Part shown: positions 22,030-32,387 of the stretch, piece by piece | Numbering within the stretch: the stretch's first letter is position 1 | Layout of the letters: each line of letters opens with the position of its first letter | NCBI GenBank assembly: GCA_963798085.1 | Contig: CAWCRS010000005.1 | Span: 704,001 to 768,000 of the forward strand | Origin: an uncultured Gemmatimonadales bacterium | GTDB lineage: Bacteria; Gemmatimonadota; Gemmatimonadetes; Longimicrobiales; RSA9 | Direction: 5' to 3' | DNA: 64,000 nt | Notes under the pieces: model-generated | What the model was told of the DNA's origin: nothing | The model's input: the letters and a program-made list of their open reading frames with translations, nothing else | The model's database searches: none | Translations under genes and position numbers: made by a program

Positions 22030-22036
22030 ACTTGCC

Positions 22037-22372
22037 TCAGATCCCCTGCAGACGCACTAACGCAGTGATAGCACCGGCCAGGCGGTCCCAGTTGCCAGCC
22101 TCGACCTGCAGCTGCTTCCGGCCGGCCCGCGTCAGCGAGTAGAACTTGGCACGCCGGTTGTTCTCGCTCGGCCGCCACTCCGACGTGACCCACCCCTCCT
22201 GCTCCAGCTTGTGCAGCGCCGGATACAGCGAGCCGTCACTCACCTGCAGCGCATCCGCTGACAGCTGCTTCAGCCGCTGCCCGATCGTCCAGCCGTTCGA
22301 CGGCTCCAGCGCCAGCAGCTTCAGGATGAGCAGGTCCAGCGTGCCCTGCACCAGGTCGGTCGGTTTGCTCAT
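22037..22372 (-). CDS. PadR family transcriptional regulator (acidobacterial type)
   Basis: [12 protein letters not shown]...GSLYPALHKLE..GW...SENNRRAKFYSLT..GRKQL. Confidence 0.95.
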   Translation of the reverse strand: MSKPTDLVQGTLDLLILKLLALEPSNGWTIGQRLKQLSADALQVSDGSLYPALHKLEQEGWVTSEWRPSENNRRAKFYSLTRAGRKQLQVEAGNWDRLAGAITALVRLQGI

Positions 22373-22381
22373 GGCGTATCC

Positions 22382-22426
22382 CTCGGTTACCGAGATAAGA
22401 TACAGTTCGACCTCTCGGTAAGCAAG
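22382..22426. promoter_or_regulatory. paired 13-bp palindromic boxes, candidate PadR operator
   Basis: CTCG-GTTAC-CGAG (22382-22394) and CTCG-GTAAG-CAAG (22414-22426), directly upstream of the padR start. Confidence 0.65.
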
Positions 22427-22714
22427 TGGAACGACAACGCAGGCACTCTCCCGCAGCGCCGGTTCAGCCCGATGCGGAGCGCGGCCGCAAGGGCGCAGCG
22501 CAGCCGAGCAGGCCGGCAACCGATCCCACCCTGATCGAATGGAAGCGGGCGGTGGATCGCGCGCGCCGAATGCCGGCGACTGCAGTGTGTGCCGGTCGGT
22601 GGGCAGCGGCGCCAGGTCGACCGCGCAGCGCACGCCAGCGGAAAGCAGGCCCCGGCCTGGTGTGGGCCGCGCGGCGTGTGCGGGGAAGGTTTTTCTTCGC
22701 GTTCAACGACTCTC

Positions 22715-22759
22715 TTGACAAACCCCTGCATCGCGGCAATATCTCCTACCATTCTAGGA
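22715..22759 (+). promoter_or_regulatory. candidate sigma70 promoter followed by a palindromic operator-like site
   Basis: Perfect TTGACA at 22715-22720, AT-rich CAATAT/TATCTC 16-19 nt later, then TCCTA-CCATTC-TAGGA (22744-22759). Confidence 0.45.
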
Positions 22760-22843
22760 AATTATCTCGACGGACGGCCACGAATTATGTGTTGTTGACC
22801 GATGGAAATGGGGCCCTGTTATACCTATATGCATAGGAGACAC

Positions 22844-24154
22844 GTGGTCGGGCAGGGCCTGTCGCGATCTGCGGCCGCAGGCGCCGCGCTGATCCGTCTG
22901 CGCACGCGTGTACTCGGCTTGTGCGTCTCGTCCGTTGTTGCGGCGCCGGCGTTCGTGGCGGCGCAGCAGACCGTCGACCTGCCGGCGCGCGACAAGCGCC
23001 TGACCGAAACCGCGGCGGTCCTGTACACGGTCGGAAGCGATGAAGGTGAGGACTGGCAGCTGCTCTCGGGTGTGCGGTCGGTTGCGTTTGATGCGGTCGA
23101 CGACCTGTACGTGCTGGATGGAAACAACTTCCGCATCCTCGTTTTCGACGCGGCAGGCAAGTACCTCCGGACGATCAGTCGCAAAGGCGATGGCCCCGGT
23201 GAACTGATGGCGCCAGTTGCATTGACGGTGCTGTCGGACGGAACGATTGCCGCCGGCGATCTGGTCCGTCGCACGTTCTCGCTGTTCCGGACGGACGGCA
23301 CGTTCGTCGGGGATGTGTCCTTTCCGGCGCCCGAGGGGATGGGCGGTCTGCAGCCGATACTCCACGCGCACCCGCTGCGCGGCGTTGTCGCACTGATGTT
23401 CGTTCGCCCGCCGCCACGCGCCGACCCGACCGTGCCGACCGGCGAGCGAACGGCACGGGCCGAGTGGTTCGACTTCGCAACGGCAGCGATCACGCCGGCT
23501 TCTCCGCAGGACGCGGAGAAGGCCTTGTCGCTGTATGCGTTCACGGTGCCTTCGATAACACCGGTAACACGGGTGCAGGACGGTCACCTGCGCGGGATCT
23601 CGACCGTGCCGCCGCACTGGACACCGCCGATGGCGTTTGCCGTACTGGCGGACGGAGGCCTGGCGGTCGTACACGACCCGCGTTATCGCGTGGAGGTCAT
23701 CAGCCCGGCCGGCAAGCTGGAACGCACCCTCGTGCGACCACTCGCGCCGCGCAAAGGCACCCTGAAAGACAAGGAAGCGTTCATCAGGAGCGAGCGCAGG
23801 AATCCCGACCCGCGCATGCAGCTGTCGAGAAACGGCGGCGGCGCATCAATCGCGACGCCAGAAGTGCCGATCGACGAAGCCGTTCGCAACGCAACGTGGA
23901 TGGAAACGATTCCGGTGTTGCGTGGCGTGAGTGCGGATCGCGCCGGCCGCATCTGGATTGCGCGGACGCCTGCGGATTTCGACGTGCAGGGACCTGTTGA
24001 CATCGTGCGGGCCAATGGTTCCTACATCGGTACCATCGCGCATTCCGCTCTGCCCGGCGCATTCAGCAGCAGCGGACGGGCGGCATACATCGAGCGTGAT
24101 GCGCTCGGTGTCGAACACGTGACTGTGAAACAGCTGCCCGCGGGCTGGAAATAG
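22844..24154 (+). CDS. secreted six-bladed beta-propeller protein
   Basis: AGGAGA RBS before GTG 22844; LYVLDGNNFRILVFDAAGKYLRTISRKGDGPGEL; GRIWI; DIVRANGSYIGT. Confidence 0.85.
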   Translation: MVGQGLSRSAAAGAALIRLRTRVLGLCVSSVVAAPAFVAAQQTVDLPARDKRLTETAAVLYTVGSDEGEDWQLLSGVRSVAFDAVDDLYVLDGNNFRILVFDAAGKYLRTISRKGDGPGELMAPVALTVLSDGTIAAGDLVRRTFSLFRTDGTFVGDVSFPAPEGMGGLQPILHAHPLRGVVALMFVRPPPRADPTVPTGERTARAEWFDFATAAITPASPQDAEKALSLYAFTVPSITPVTRVQDGHLRGISTVPPHWTPPMAFAVLADGGLAVVHDPRYRVEVISPAGKLERTLVRPLAPRKGTLKDKEAFIRSERRNPDPRMQLSRNGGGASIATPEVPIDEAVRNATWMETIPVLRGVSADRAGRIWIARTPADFDVQGPVDIVRANGSYIGTIAHSALPGAFSSSGRAAYIERDALGVEHVTVKQLPAGWK

Positions 24155-24404
24155 CCTCAGCAGCGAGCGCGGCGCGGCCGGTTTACTGGTTCTCCTTCCG
24201 TGCCGGACCGCTGCGCCGCATCTCGATGGAGCAGAGCTGCTGCCCGTGACCGCCTACATCCTTCGCGCGGATCACGAACGAGTCGGCTCCGGTGCGTAGC
24301 CAGGTGCATCGCAGCTCACGATCGCCGCCTTTCGGCGACCCGGTGCGCCGCATTGTGGAGCGACGCGCGCTGAAGACCGGTGGCGCCGGACCGCGGGCGC
24401 GCCT

Positions 24405-27024
24405 CTATCCTGCCCTCAGCGTAACGCCGGGATCGACGGCCGCTGCACGCCGGGCGGGAATGTAGCTGGCAAGGCCGGCAACCAGCAGCAGGAACAGCGC
24501 TGCGCCCAGAAGAGTCAGCGCATCGCGTGCTGCGACGCCGTAGACCAGACTGGTGACGAGGCCGGCGGCCCCCATGGATAGCACGAGGCCGGCGGCCACA
24601 CCGATCATGGCAATCGACAGACCCTGCCAAACTACCTGTTGCGTGACGGCACCGGGGCTCGCTCCGATGGCTGTCCGTATTGCAAATTCGCGTACGCGTT
24701 GCGCCACGTTGCAGGCCACGACCCCATAGACCCCGACCGCGGCCAGGAGCAGGGCCAGCCCGCTGAACCCGACCATCAGCAGCGTCGTCAGCCATCGCTG
24801 CGCCTCGGAGAGGTCCACGATCTCCGTCATGGTGCGCACGTCGTAGACGCTCTGCTCCGTGTCGACCGATCGGATCGCCCGGATGACCGGGCCCGTCAGC
24901 GCAGCCGCTGCCGTCACGCTGCGCACGGCCAGCACCATGCGGTCCTGTGTCCACTGACGATAGCTCCAGTAAACCTGCGCCGCCGGGTCGACCTCCAGCG
25001 CCGTGGACCGCACATGCCTCACGACACCGACGACATTGACCCATCGACCACCCAGCCCTGCCGGTTCGCGGAAGCGCCTGCCGATTGCCGATTCACCCGG
25101 CCAGATCGCATGCGCCACGCGTTCATCGATGATCGCGACTGCGGGACCGCTGGCGTCATCGTGGTCATTGAAACCACGCCCGCTGATGAAGCGAATCCCG
25201 AGCGTTGTGAAGTAATCCGGACTCACTGTGCGCGTGTCGACGTTCGTCAGTTCATCCGGCCGGCTGGTCGCGTTCTCGAAGTACACGGGATTCGTCTGGC
25301 CTCCGGAGAGCGGGATGCGATTCGCCAGACCCGCGCTCGTGACGCCGGGTACGGCGCGCACCGCCTCCAGCACCCGGGCGTAGTAGTCCGCGACTTCCGG
25401 ATCCGTGCGGTGTCTGCTGCGCGACACTTCGAACTTGAACGTCGTGACCTGCTCCGACCTGAAACCGGGGTCCACATGCAACACGTTGATCGCACTCCGG
25501 AGCAACAGGCCCGCGCCCACGAGCAGCGGCAGCGCAAACGCAATCTGCGCTGCTGCCGCGGCGCGGCTCGCCCTTGCGCGGCCTCGACCGGAAGTGGACG
25601 TGCGGCCACCATCCCGGATGACCATCGCGAAATCCGATGCCCATGCCTGAATTGCGGGCACAGCGCTCGCCGCGAGGCCGGTCAGCACGAGCAGCGCAAG
25701 CGAGAATGCGACGACCGGCGCGCTCAACGCGATGCCCTCGACTCGCGGCAGCCCCGCCGGTCGGTTCGCCACGAATTCCCGGACTGCCCACTCGGCCAGA
25801 CCCATGCCGGCCAGTCCGCCTGATAGCAACACTGGCGTCGCTTCCGCAAACGTCTGCGCGAGCAACCGCCTGCGTGATGCACCGAGCGCCAGCCGCACGG
25901 CGAATTCGCCTCGCCGTGCGCCGCCTCGGGCCGCGAACAGATTCGACAGGTTCGCACACGCGATCACCATGAGCAACGATACCGCTCCCAGCAGCAGCAG
26001 CAGCGCGGGCCGCACATCGCGCACGGCATCGTCGAGCAGCGAATCGACCGTCATGCCGCCGTTGCCCGGATAGCTCGCCGCCAGACGCGTGGCCAGCACA
26101 CCCGCCGCCTGACGCGCCTGATCCAGCGTCACGCCCGCGTGGAGCCGCGCGACCACTCGGTAATTGTCTGTTGCCTCACGGGTCAGCTCGCGCGGATCCA
26201 GCACCAGCGGCACCCACGCCTGATGGGCGCTCGACGGATAGCGAAAATCCGGCCGCATGACACCGACGACCGTACTGGCCGCGTCGTTGAGCCGGATCTG
26301 TCGCCCGATCGATCGCAGAGTCCGCGCCGAACCGGCCGCGCCACAGCCCGTCGCTCAGCACCACCACACGCTCTCGGCCCGCCTGATCCTCGCCCTCCGC
26401 AAACGTCCGGCCCAGCGCCGCAGTCACACCGAGCACCCGGAAGAGATTCGAGGAGACGCTCGCAGCCTCGAGCCGCTGCGGCTCGCCATTCTCCACGAGG
26501 TTCAGGTTCGTGTTCTCGAAAAACGCGACGTCGTCGAAAACAGCGCGCTGTTGTCGCAGCTCCATTGCATCCGCCGCCGCCGGGTAGTTGCGAGCGTCGT
26601 GTCGCGTCAACCGAATGCTGACCAGGCGTTCCGGCGCACGGAAAGGCAGCGGCCTGAGCATCACGCCGTGCACGACGCTGAAGACCGCGGTGGCGGCGCC
26701 CACGCCGAGACCGACAATGCCGATCGCGGTGACGCCGAATACCGGAGCCTTGCGCAGAAGCCGGATGCCGTACGAAAAATCCTGCAGCACCTGACGGAAG
26801 GCCGCGCCGGGTCTCTCAGCGCGTGCGACTTCCTGCACCGCATCAACGCTGCCGAATACGAGAAGCGCTGCGCGGCGCGCGTCTGCTGGAGTCATGCCGC
26901 GGGCGAGGTTCGCATCCGTCTCGCGATCCAGGTGGAAGCGCATCTCTTCGCCCAGGTCCGCGTCCACGCGCGCACTGCGGAACAGCGCGCGCCACAACCC
27001 GATCAGCCAATGGAGCACTCGCAT
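24405..27024 (-). CDS. ADOP family duplicated ABC permease; frameshift at ~26310
   Basis: ORFs 26176..27024 and 24405..26258 join by removing one base (DSAI-g-IGRQIRLN). Prefix domain, IACANLSNL, QRVREFAIRTAIGA, VDPGVTLRAG. Confidence 0.9.
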
Positions 27025-27039
27025 TCGCCCCTTCGCCGT

Positions 27040-27369
27040 TCACGCGGTTCGCATGACGAGCGAGATCGCCGCCGACAGACGGTCCCAGTCCGCGCGTTCC
27101 TGTTCCAGCTGTCGCCGGCCGGCCGCCGTCAGCCGATAGAAGCGCGCGCGCCGGTTGCTTTCCGACGCACCCCAGTCCGCTGTGATCCAGCCCTGTCGCT
27201 CGAGCCGCTGCAGTGCCGGGTAGAGCGAGCCCTGATTGACCCGCAACACATCGTTCGACAGCTGCTGGATGCGCTGCGCGATCGCCCAGCCGTGCAGCTT
27301 CCGGCCGGCAATGGTCCGCAGAATCAGCAGGTCGAGCGTACCCTGCACCAGATCGGCGGGTCGCGTCAT
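27040..27369 (-). CDS. PadR family transcriptional regulator
   Basis: [13 protein letters not shown]...HGWAIAQRI...[15 protein letters not shown]...[13 protein letters not shown]. Confidence 0.95.
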   Translation of the reverse strand: MTRPADLVQGTLDLLILRTIAGRKLHGWAIAQRIQQLSNDVLRVNQGSLYPALQRLERQGWITADWGASESNRRARFYRLTAAGRRQLEQERADWDRLSAAISLVMRTA

Positions 27370-27374
27370 CTCTC

Positions 27375-27430
27375 TCCCCTTGGTTATCTACACGCCAAGC
27401 TACCCCCACTGTTGTAGATAAACAAGGGGA
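27375..27430. promoter_or_regulatory. 18-bp inverted repeat containing two candidate PadR boxes
   Basis: TCCCCTTGGTTATCTACA (27375-27392) and TGTAGATAAACAAGGGGA (27413-27430), 17/18 complementary, overlapping the padR RBS. Confidence 0.7.
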
Positions 27431-27707
27431 ACGACACGCGCCCGCCACGACCACCCGCCCAACAATGGCCACGCCGCTGCGTCTGCGAATCGTGCGCGCT
27501 GTGCTCCCGGCGCGTGGACCCCGGATGCAACGCAGCCGGCGGGTTGCCCCACCGGCTGCGTTGTTCACAGACTGCTGCTTCCGGATCCCGACTACCGGGA
27601 CCTCTCCCCGGCCCGCGCGTTCGGATCGCGCCGGGCCGACCACCCCACCCTGCGACGCGGCGCCGGCCGCCGCGCTGCGGCCGGGCCCCATCGCCTAACG
27701 GCCTGCT

Positions 27708-30313
27708 TCAGCCGCACTCACTGTAGCCGCAGGCCAGACACTTCATGCAGCCTTCCATGTACTGCAGCTCGGACTTGCAGTCCGGGCAGGTGCCGAGGAA
27801 GTGTCTGGCCCGGGTCGTAGCCATAATCGAAATCGATCTGCGTACCGGCCTGTGTGCCGTCATCACCCGCAGTCCCGGCGTAACCCGGCACACGGGCCGG
27901 TGCGCCGGCGGACGGACCGGATGTCGTCGCCTGCGGCATGGGAAGTTCCTGCTGCACACCTTCCTTCTCGCGCTCGTGCTGGATCAGCGCCTGCGCAATG
28001 GCATCCGGCACCGATAGCACCTTGTTAGGGCCGACGCCCACGGCGCGGTCGCAGGAGATGCCGCGCATCTGACGGTAGATCTCCGACATGGGAATGCCGC
28101 TGCGCAGCCCCAGCGAGATCAGCCGGCCGATGGCCTCGACATCCGCCATGGCGGCGCCGCCGGCCTTGCCCAGGGTGGCGAAGACCTCGAAGGGCCGGCC
28201 CGTCTCGTCCTCGTTCACGGTCACGTAGAGATCGCCCAGCGGGCTGGGCATGCGGCGCGTCATGCCGGTGAGCAGCGCCGGCCGCTGCCGCTTCATGCGG
28301 CGACGCTGATTCCTCGCCTGCTCGTCGACCAGCGCCCGCTTCAGCTCCTCGTTGTCGTGCATGATGCGGTGCAGTTGCTCGCGCGCGTCCGCCAGCTGCG
28401 CCTCGAGATCCACTTCCAGTGCGCTCTTCTCCGGCGTACCCGCCACTTCCTTCGCCGTCTTGCCCGTGGACAACACCTGCATGGGCCGCGAGGCATCGCG
28501 GTAGACGGTCACGCCCTTGCAGCGCAGGTCGTACGCCATGACGTAGATCTCGCGCACATCCTGCTCGCCGGCTTCGCGCGCGAAATTGCAGGTCTTGCTG
28601 ATGGCGCTGTCGACAAACTCCTGGAACGCCGCCTGCGTACGGATGTGCCACTCGGGCGTCACATCGTGCGCGGTGACGAACACGCGCTGCACGTCCGCCG
28701 GCACTTCCTCGAAGTGAATGTGCCCTTCCCCCGCGATGCGCGTCATCAGGTCGTCGCTGTACCAGCCCTGCTGCCTCGCCACGCGCACAAACTCGCGATT
28801 CACATCGGGCATGAGCACGCCCGCCTGGTTGCGCATGAAGGCGACGGCGAAGAGCGGCTCAATGCCGCCCGAGCAGTCCGCGAAGATCGAGATCGTGCCC
28901 GTGGGGGCGACCGTCGTGACATTGCAGTTGCGCAGGCGACGCGCGGGACGCACGCGCTCACCCCGTGCGTCCCGCGCGCACGTCTCGTCCGGTCCCCAGA
29001 ATGCTGCGCTCCCATTCCGGGAACACGCCGCGCTTCTCCGCCAGCCGCTCGCTCTCGCGCTTGCTCTCCTCGTCCACGAACTGCATCAGCGCGCGCGCCA
29101 CCTCGATCGCTTCATGGCTGTTGTAGGGCACACCGACGCGCACCAGCAGATCGGCGTAGCCCATGATGCCCAGGCCAATGCGGCGGATGCGCTGCGCCAG
29201 ATCCGTGATCTCGTCGAGCGGGTAGTTGTTGGCGTCGATGACGTTGTCCAGGAAATGCGTACTGGTGGCAACCACCTGGCGCAGCCCGTCCCAGTCGATG
29301 CGTTCCCGCCAGGGCAAGGCGTCGGCCACATCACTGCGCGCGAAGAGCCCGACGTTGACGCTGCCCAGATTGCACACGTCATAGGGCAGCAGCGGCTGTT
29401 CGCCGCACGGATTCGTCGCCTCGTAGCTGCCCAGGTGCGGCACCGGGTTGTAGCGGTTCGCGGCGTCGATGAAGAACACGCCCGGCTCACCCGTCGCCCA
29501 GGCGCCGTGCACGATCAGGTCGAAGATCTCGCGCGCGTCCTCCTGTCCGGCCACATCGCCGTTGCGCGGGCTGATCAGATCGTACTTCGTGCCCGCCTTC
29601 ACCGCCTCCATGAACGCATCGGTGACCGCTACCGAGATATTGAAGTTGGTGATCTGGCTGACATCGAGTTTGCAGGTAATGAAATCGCGGATATCCGGAT
29701 GGTCGACGCGCAGGATGCCCATGTTGGCGCCGCGACGGGTGCCGCCCTGCTTCACGACCTCCGTGGAGGCATCGTACAGACGCATGAAGGAAACCGGCCC
29801 GCTCGCCACACCCATCGTCGAGCGCACCACATCGCCTGCCGGACGCAGCCGGCTGAAGCCGAACCCTGTGCCCCCGCCCGACTGGTGCACCAGCGCCATC
29901 GCCTTGAGCGTGTCGTAAATGCCATCGTGCTCGTTGGAGATGGCGTCCGTCACGGGCAGCACGAAACAGGCGGACAGCTGCCCCAGCGGCCGCCCCGCGT
30001 TCATGAGCGTGGGGGAATTGGGCTCGAACAGGCGCTGCGTCATCAGCCGGTAGAACTCGCGCGCCAGCTGCTCAATGCCGCCATCACTCGCGCCGTAGCG
30101 AGCGTCTTCTTCGGCAATGACGTGAGCGACGCGCCAGAACATCTGCTCCGGTTCCTCCACCGGCCGGCCGCGCTCGTCCTTCTTCAGGTACCGCCGGGCC
30201 AGCACGATGCGCGCGTTCTCCGACAGGTCGGCCGACGGCAGATCGTCCGGCAGCAGCTCGCGACGACGGAGTACCTCGGGTGAAACCGAAACGGGCGTGA
30301 TGCTGGCGTTCAT
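27708..30313 (-). CDS. nrdJ: class II (adenosylcobalamin-dependent) ribonucleotide reductase with TSCPD-like and Zn-ribbon C-terminus; frameshifts at ~29000 and ~27801
   Basis: PNSPTLMNAG..GQLSACFVL, QSGGGTGF, QGGTRRGANM, EATNPCGEQPL...CNLGS, TVAPTGTIS, SAISKT, KGVTVYRD, terminal CPDC...EGCMKCLACGYSECG. Three ORF pieces join with two single-base corrections (~867 aa). Confidence 0.93.
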
Positions 30314-30408
30314 CGGCGACCTCGACTCGTGCTTTCCGGCAAGAACGTTGAACGGACGTGAGGACCGTCCGTATCCGATTCGTGGTTGTAGGCTTGACCG
30401 CGCTGCCG

Positions 30409-30460
30409 ACCCAACATCTTGTGGGGTGCGTATCATAGCCAATCCAGATCTTGTGGTCAA
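30409..30460 (-). promoter_or_regulatory. nrdJ promoter TTGACC-N17-TATGAT overlapped by tandem NrdR boxes
   Basis: Minus-strand -35 TTGACC (30460-30455) and -10 TATGAT (30437-30432). Boxes ACCCAACATCTTGTGG (30409-30424) and AATCCAGATCTTGTGG (30441-30456), 32 bp apart, match the NrdR-box consensus. Confidence 0.85.
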
Positions 30461-30490
30461 GAGGCTCGTGACGGCCGAGTCGCGCCTCCG

Positions 30491-30733
30491 TTACGCGACC
30501 GTGGCCACCCCCGCCGTTGGTGAGGTCCTGCCTCGCAAACGGCGCGTCCGTCCGCCTGATTCGGCGTTTGCGGCGCGCAGCCGGGCCTGGGAGCCGGCGA
30601 CCGTCCCGTACAGCTCCTGCTGCATGGGTGACGACACCGCATGGGCCGTCCTCCGCGACGGCACTGACCTGCCGTGCATGAAGTACCGGCCTCGGACCGT
30701 CTTGGCGTTCTTGGGTTTGGCCCGCGGAGCCAT
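30491..30733 (-). CDS. possible small basic hypothetical protein (80 aa)
   Basis: ATG 30733 with AGGGG upstream; MAPRAKPKNAKTVRGRYFMHGR...; fills the pntB-nrdJ gap on the same strand. Confidence 0.35.
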   Translation of the reverse strand: MAPRAKPKNAKTVRGRYFMHGRSVPSRRTAHAVSSPMQQELYGTVAGSQARLRAANAESGGRTRRLRGRTSPTAGVATVA

Positions 30734-30977
30734 ACGATGCCCCTGTTTGGAGGCGTGTTTCCCCACGCCCTGGCCGCGCGTGTCCCATATCATGCATCGC
30801 GTCGCCCCGTTCTGCAGGTAGAATGGAGCGTCATCGTGCCTGGCAGGCGTGGGGCGCCATGCAAAAGGGGTCACGCGCATGAGGCAATGTGACAAACCCG
30901 GCAGCTGCCAGGCCCGATGCGACGTTCTTCCATAACCCGATGTAGCACAAGGAAAGAACGCCAAGACGGTCCGGGCC

Positions 30978-32387
30978 CTAGTGCCCGCCCTTCGACTCCG
31001 CCAGCTGCTTCACCAGATCACCCACCACGTTCTTCGCGTCACCAAAAAGCATCCACGTCTTGTCGTCGTAGTACAGCTCGTTGTCGATGCCCGCGAAGCC
31101 CGGGTTCTTGCTGCGCTTGATGGCGAACACCGTGCGCGCCCGGTCCGCATCAATGATGGGCATGCCGTAAATGGGCGTGGTCTTGGCGTAGCGCGCTGCG
31201 GGATTGACCACGTCATTGGCGCCGATCACCAGCGCCACGTCGCACTGCGGCATCTCGGGATTGATGTCGTCCATCTCGACCAGGTCGGTGTACGGCACAT
31301 CCGATTCCGCCAGCAGCACGTTCATGTGGCCCGGCATGCGACCCGCCACCGGGTGTATCGCGAACTTCACGGTTATGCCACGCTTGCGCAGCTGCTCGTA
31401 CAGCTCCTTCACACGCTGCTGCGCGCGCGCCACCGCCATGCCGTAGCCCGGGATGATGACGACGAAGTTCGCCTGCTCCAGGATCTGCGCCGCGCCTTCC
31501 ACGGTCTCGGCCTTGTAGTTCTTCGTGCTCGTGCCCGCCTCCAGCGCCTGCACCTTGCCGAATGCGCCGAACAGCACGTTGACGAACGAGCGGTTCATCG
31601 CCTTGCACATGATGATCGAGAGGATGAGACCGCTGGAACCATCCAGTGCGCCCGCCGTGATCAGCAGTTTGTTGTCCAGCACGAAGCCCATGGCCACAGC
31701 GGAGAGTCCGGCATAGGAGTTCAGGATCGAGATCACCGTGGGCATGTCGGCGCCGCCAATGGGGATGATCAGCAGTACGCCGAAGATCAGCGAGATCACG
31801 ATGATGATGGGGAACAGCGTGGTGCCTGAGGCGGCGGTCGGGTTGACCACCAGCAGCGCGCCCAGTCCGAAGGCGGCGACCAGCATGCCGATGTTGGTGA
31901 AGTTCTGCAGCGGATAGGTGACCGGGCGCTGCGGAATCCATTTCACCTCCTGCAGCTTGCCGGCCGCCATGAGGCTGCCCGTGAAGGTGAGGAAGCCGAG
32001 GATGATTTCCGCGACAATCGCGCCTGTGCGAAACGACGTCAGGTTGCCCGGACCCTCGCTCCGCCACAGATAGAACTTGGCGGTTCCCACCAGGCCCGCG
32101 GCGAGTCCGCCGAAAGCGTGCGAGAGCGCCGTCCGCTGCGGCACCGCCGTGAGCGGCACGAGGGACAGCGGCACGCCCACGAGCACGCCCACCGCGATCG
32201 CAATGATGATCCAGCCGTGGTGCACGACCTCGGGCTGCATCCATGTCGCCAGGATGGCGATGCTCATGGCGACGACACCGGCGTACACCGCGCGCCTCGC
32301 CGTGCCGGGTGTGTTCATCCAGTGCAGCGAGAAAACGAACAGGATGGTGGCGACAATGTAGGCCGCCTGGGCGAGGGCGTGAATCAT
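30978..32387 (-). CDS. pntB: NAD(P) transhydrogenase subunit beta
   Basis: HAFGGLAA, TFTGSLMAAGKLQ, IGGADMP...LNSYAG, PGYGMAVA, HPVAGRMPGHMNVLLAE, GANDVVNPAA, KRS..GFAGIDNEL. ATGA overlap with the upstream gene. Confidence 0.96.
   Translation of the reverse strand: MIHALAQAAYIVATILFVFSLHWMNTPGTARRAVYAGVVAMSIAILATWMQPEVVHHGWIIIAIAVGVLVGVPLSLVPLTAVPQRTALSHAFGGLAAGLVGTAKFYLWRSEGPGNLTSFRTGAIVAEIILGFLTFTGSLMAAGKLQEVKWIPQRPVTYPLQNFTNIGMLVAAFGLGALLVVNPTAASGTTLFPIIIVISLIFGVLLIIPIGGADMPTVISILNSYAGLSAVAMGFVLDNKLLITAGALDGSSGLILSIIMCKAMNRSFVNVLFGAFGKVQALEAGTSTKNYKAETVEGAAQILEQANFVVIIPGYGMAVARAQQRVKELYEQLRKRGITVKFAIHPVAGRMPGHMNVLLAESDVPYTDLVEMDDINPEMPQCDVALVIGANDVVNPAARYAKTTPIYGMPIIDADRARTVFAIKRSKNPGFAGIDNELYYDDKTWMLFGDAKNVVGDLVKQLAESKGGH

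Noticed and set aside
27708..30460. Split NrdJa/NrdJb, intein or programmed frameshift in nrdJ
   Set aside because: The breaks are single-base insertions in continuous sequence, with no RBS, intein motifs or slippery site.
30314..30977. Cobalamin riboswitch upstream of the B12-dependent nrdJ
   Set aside because: No B12-box or conserved core recognised; the short leader is explained by the promoter and NrdR boxes. A covariance-model search would settle it.
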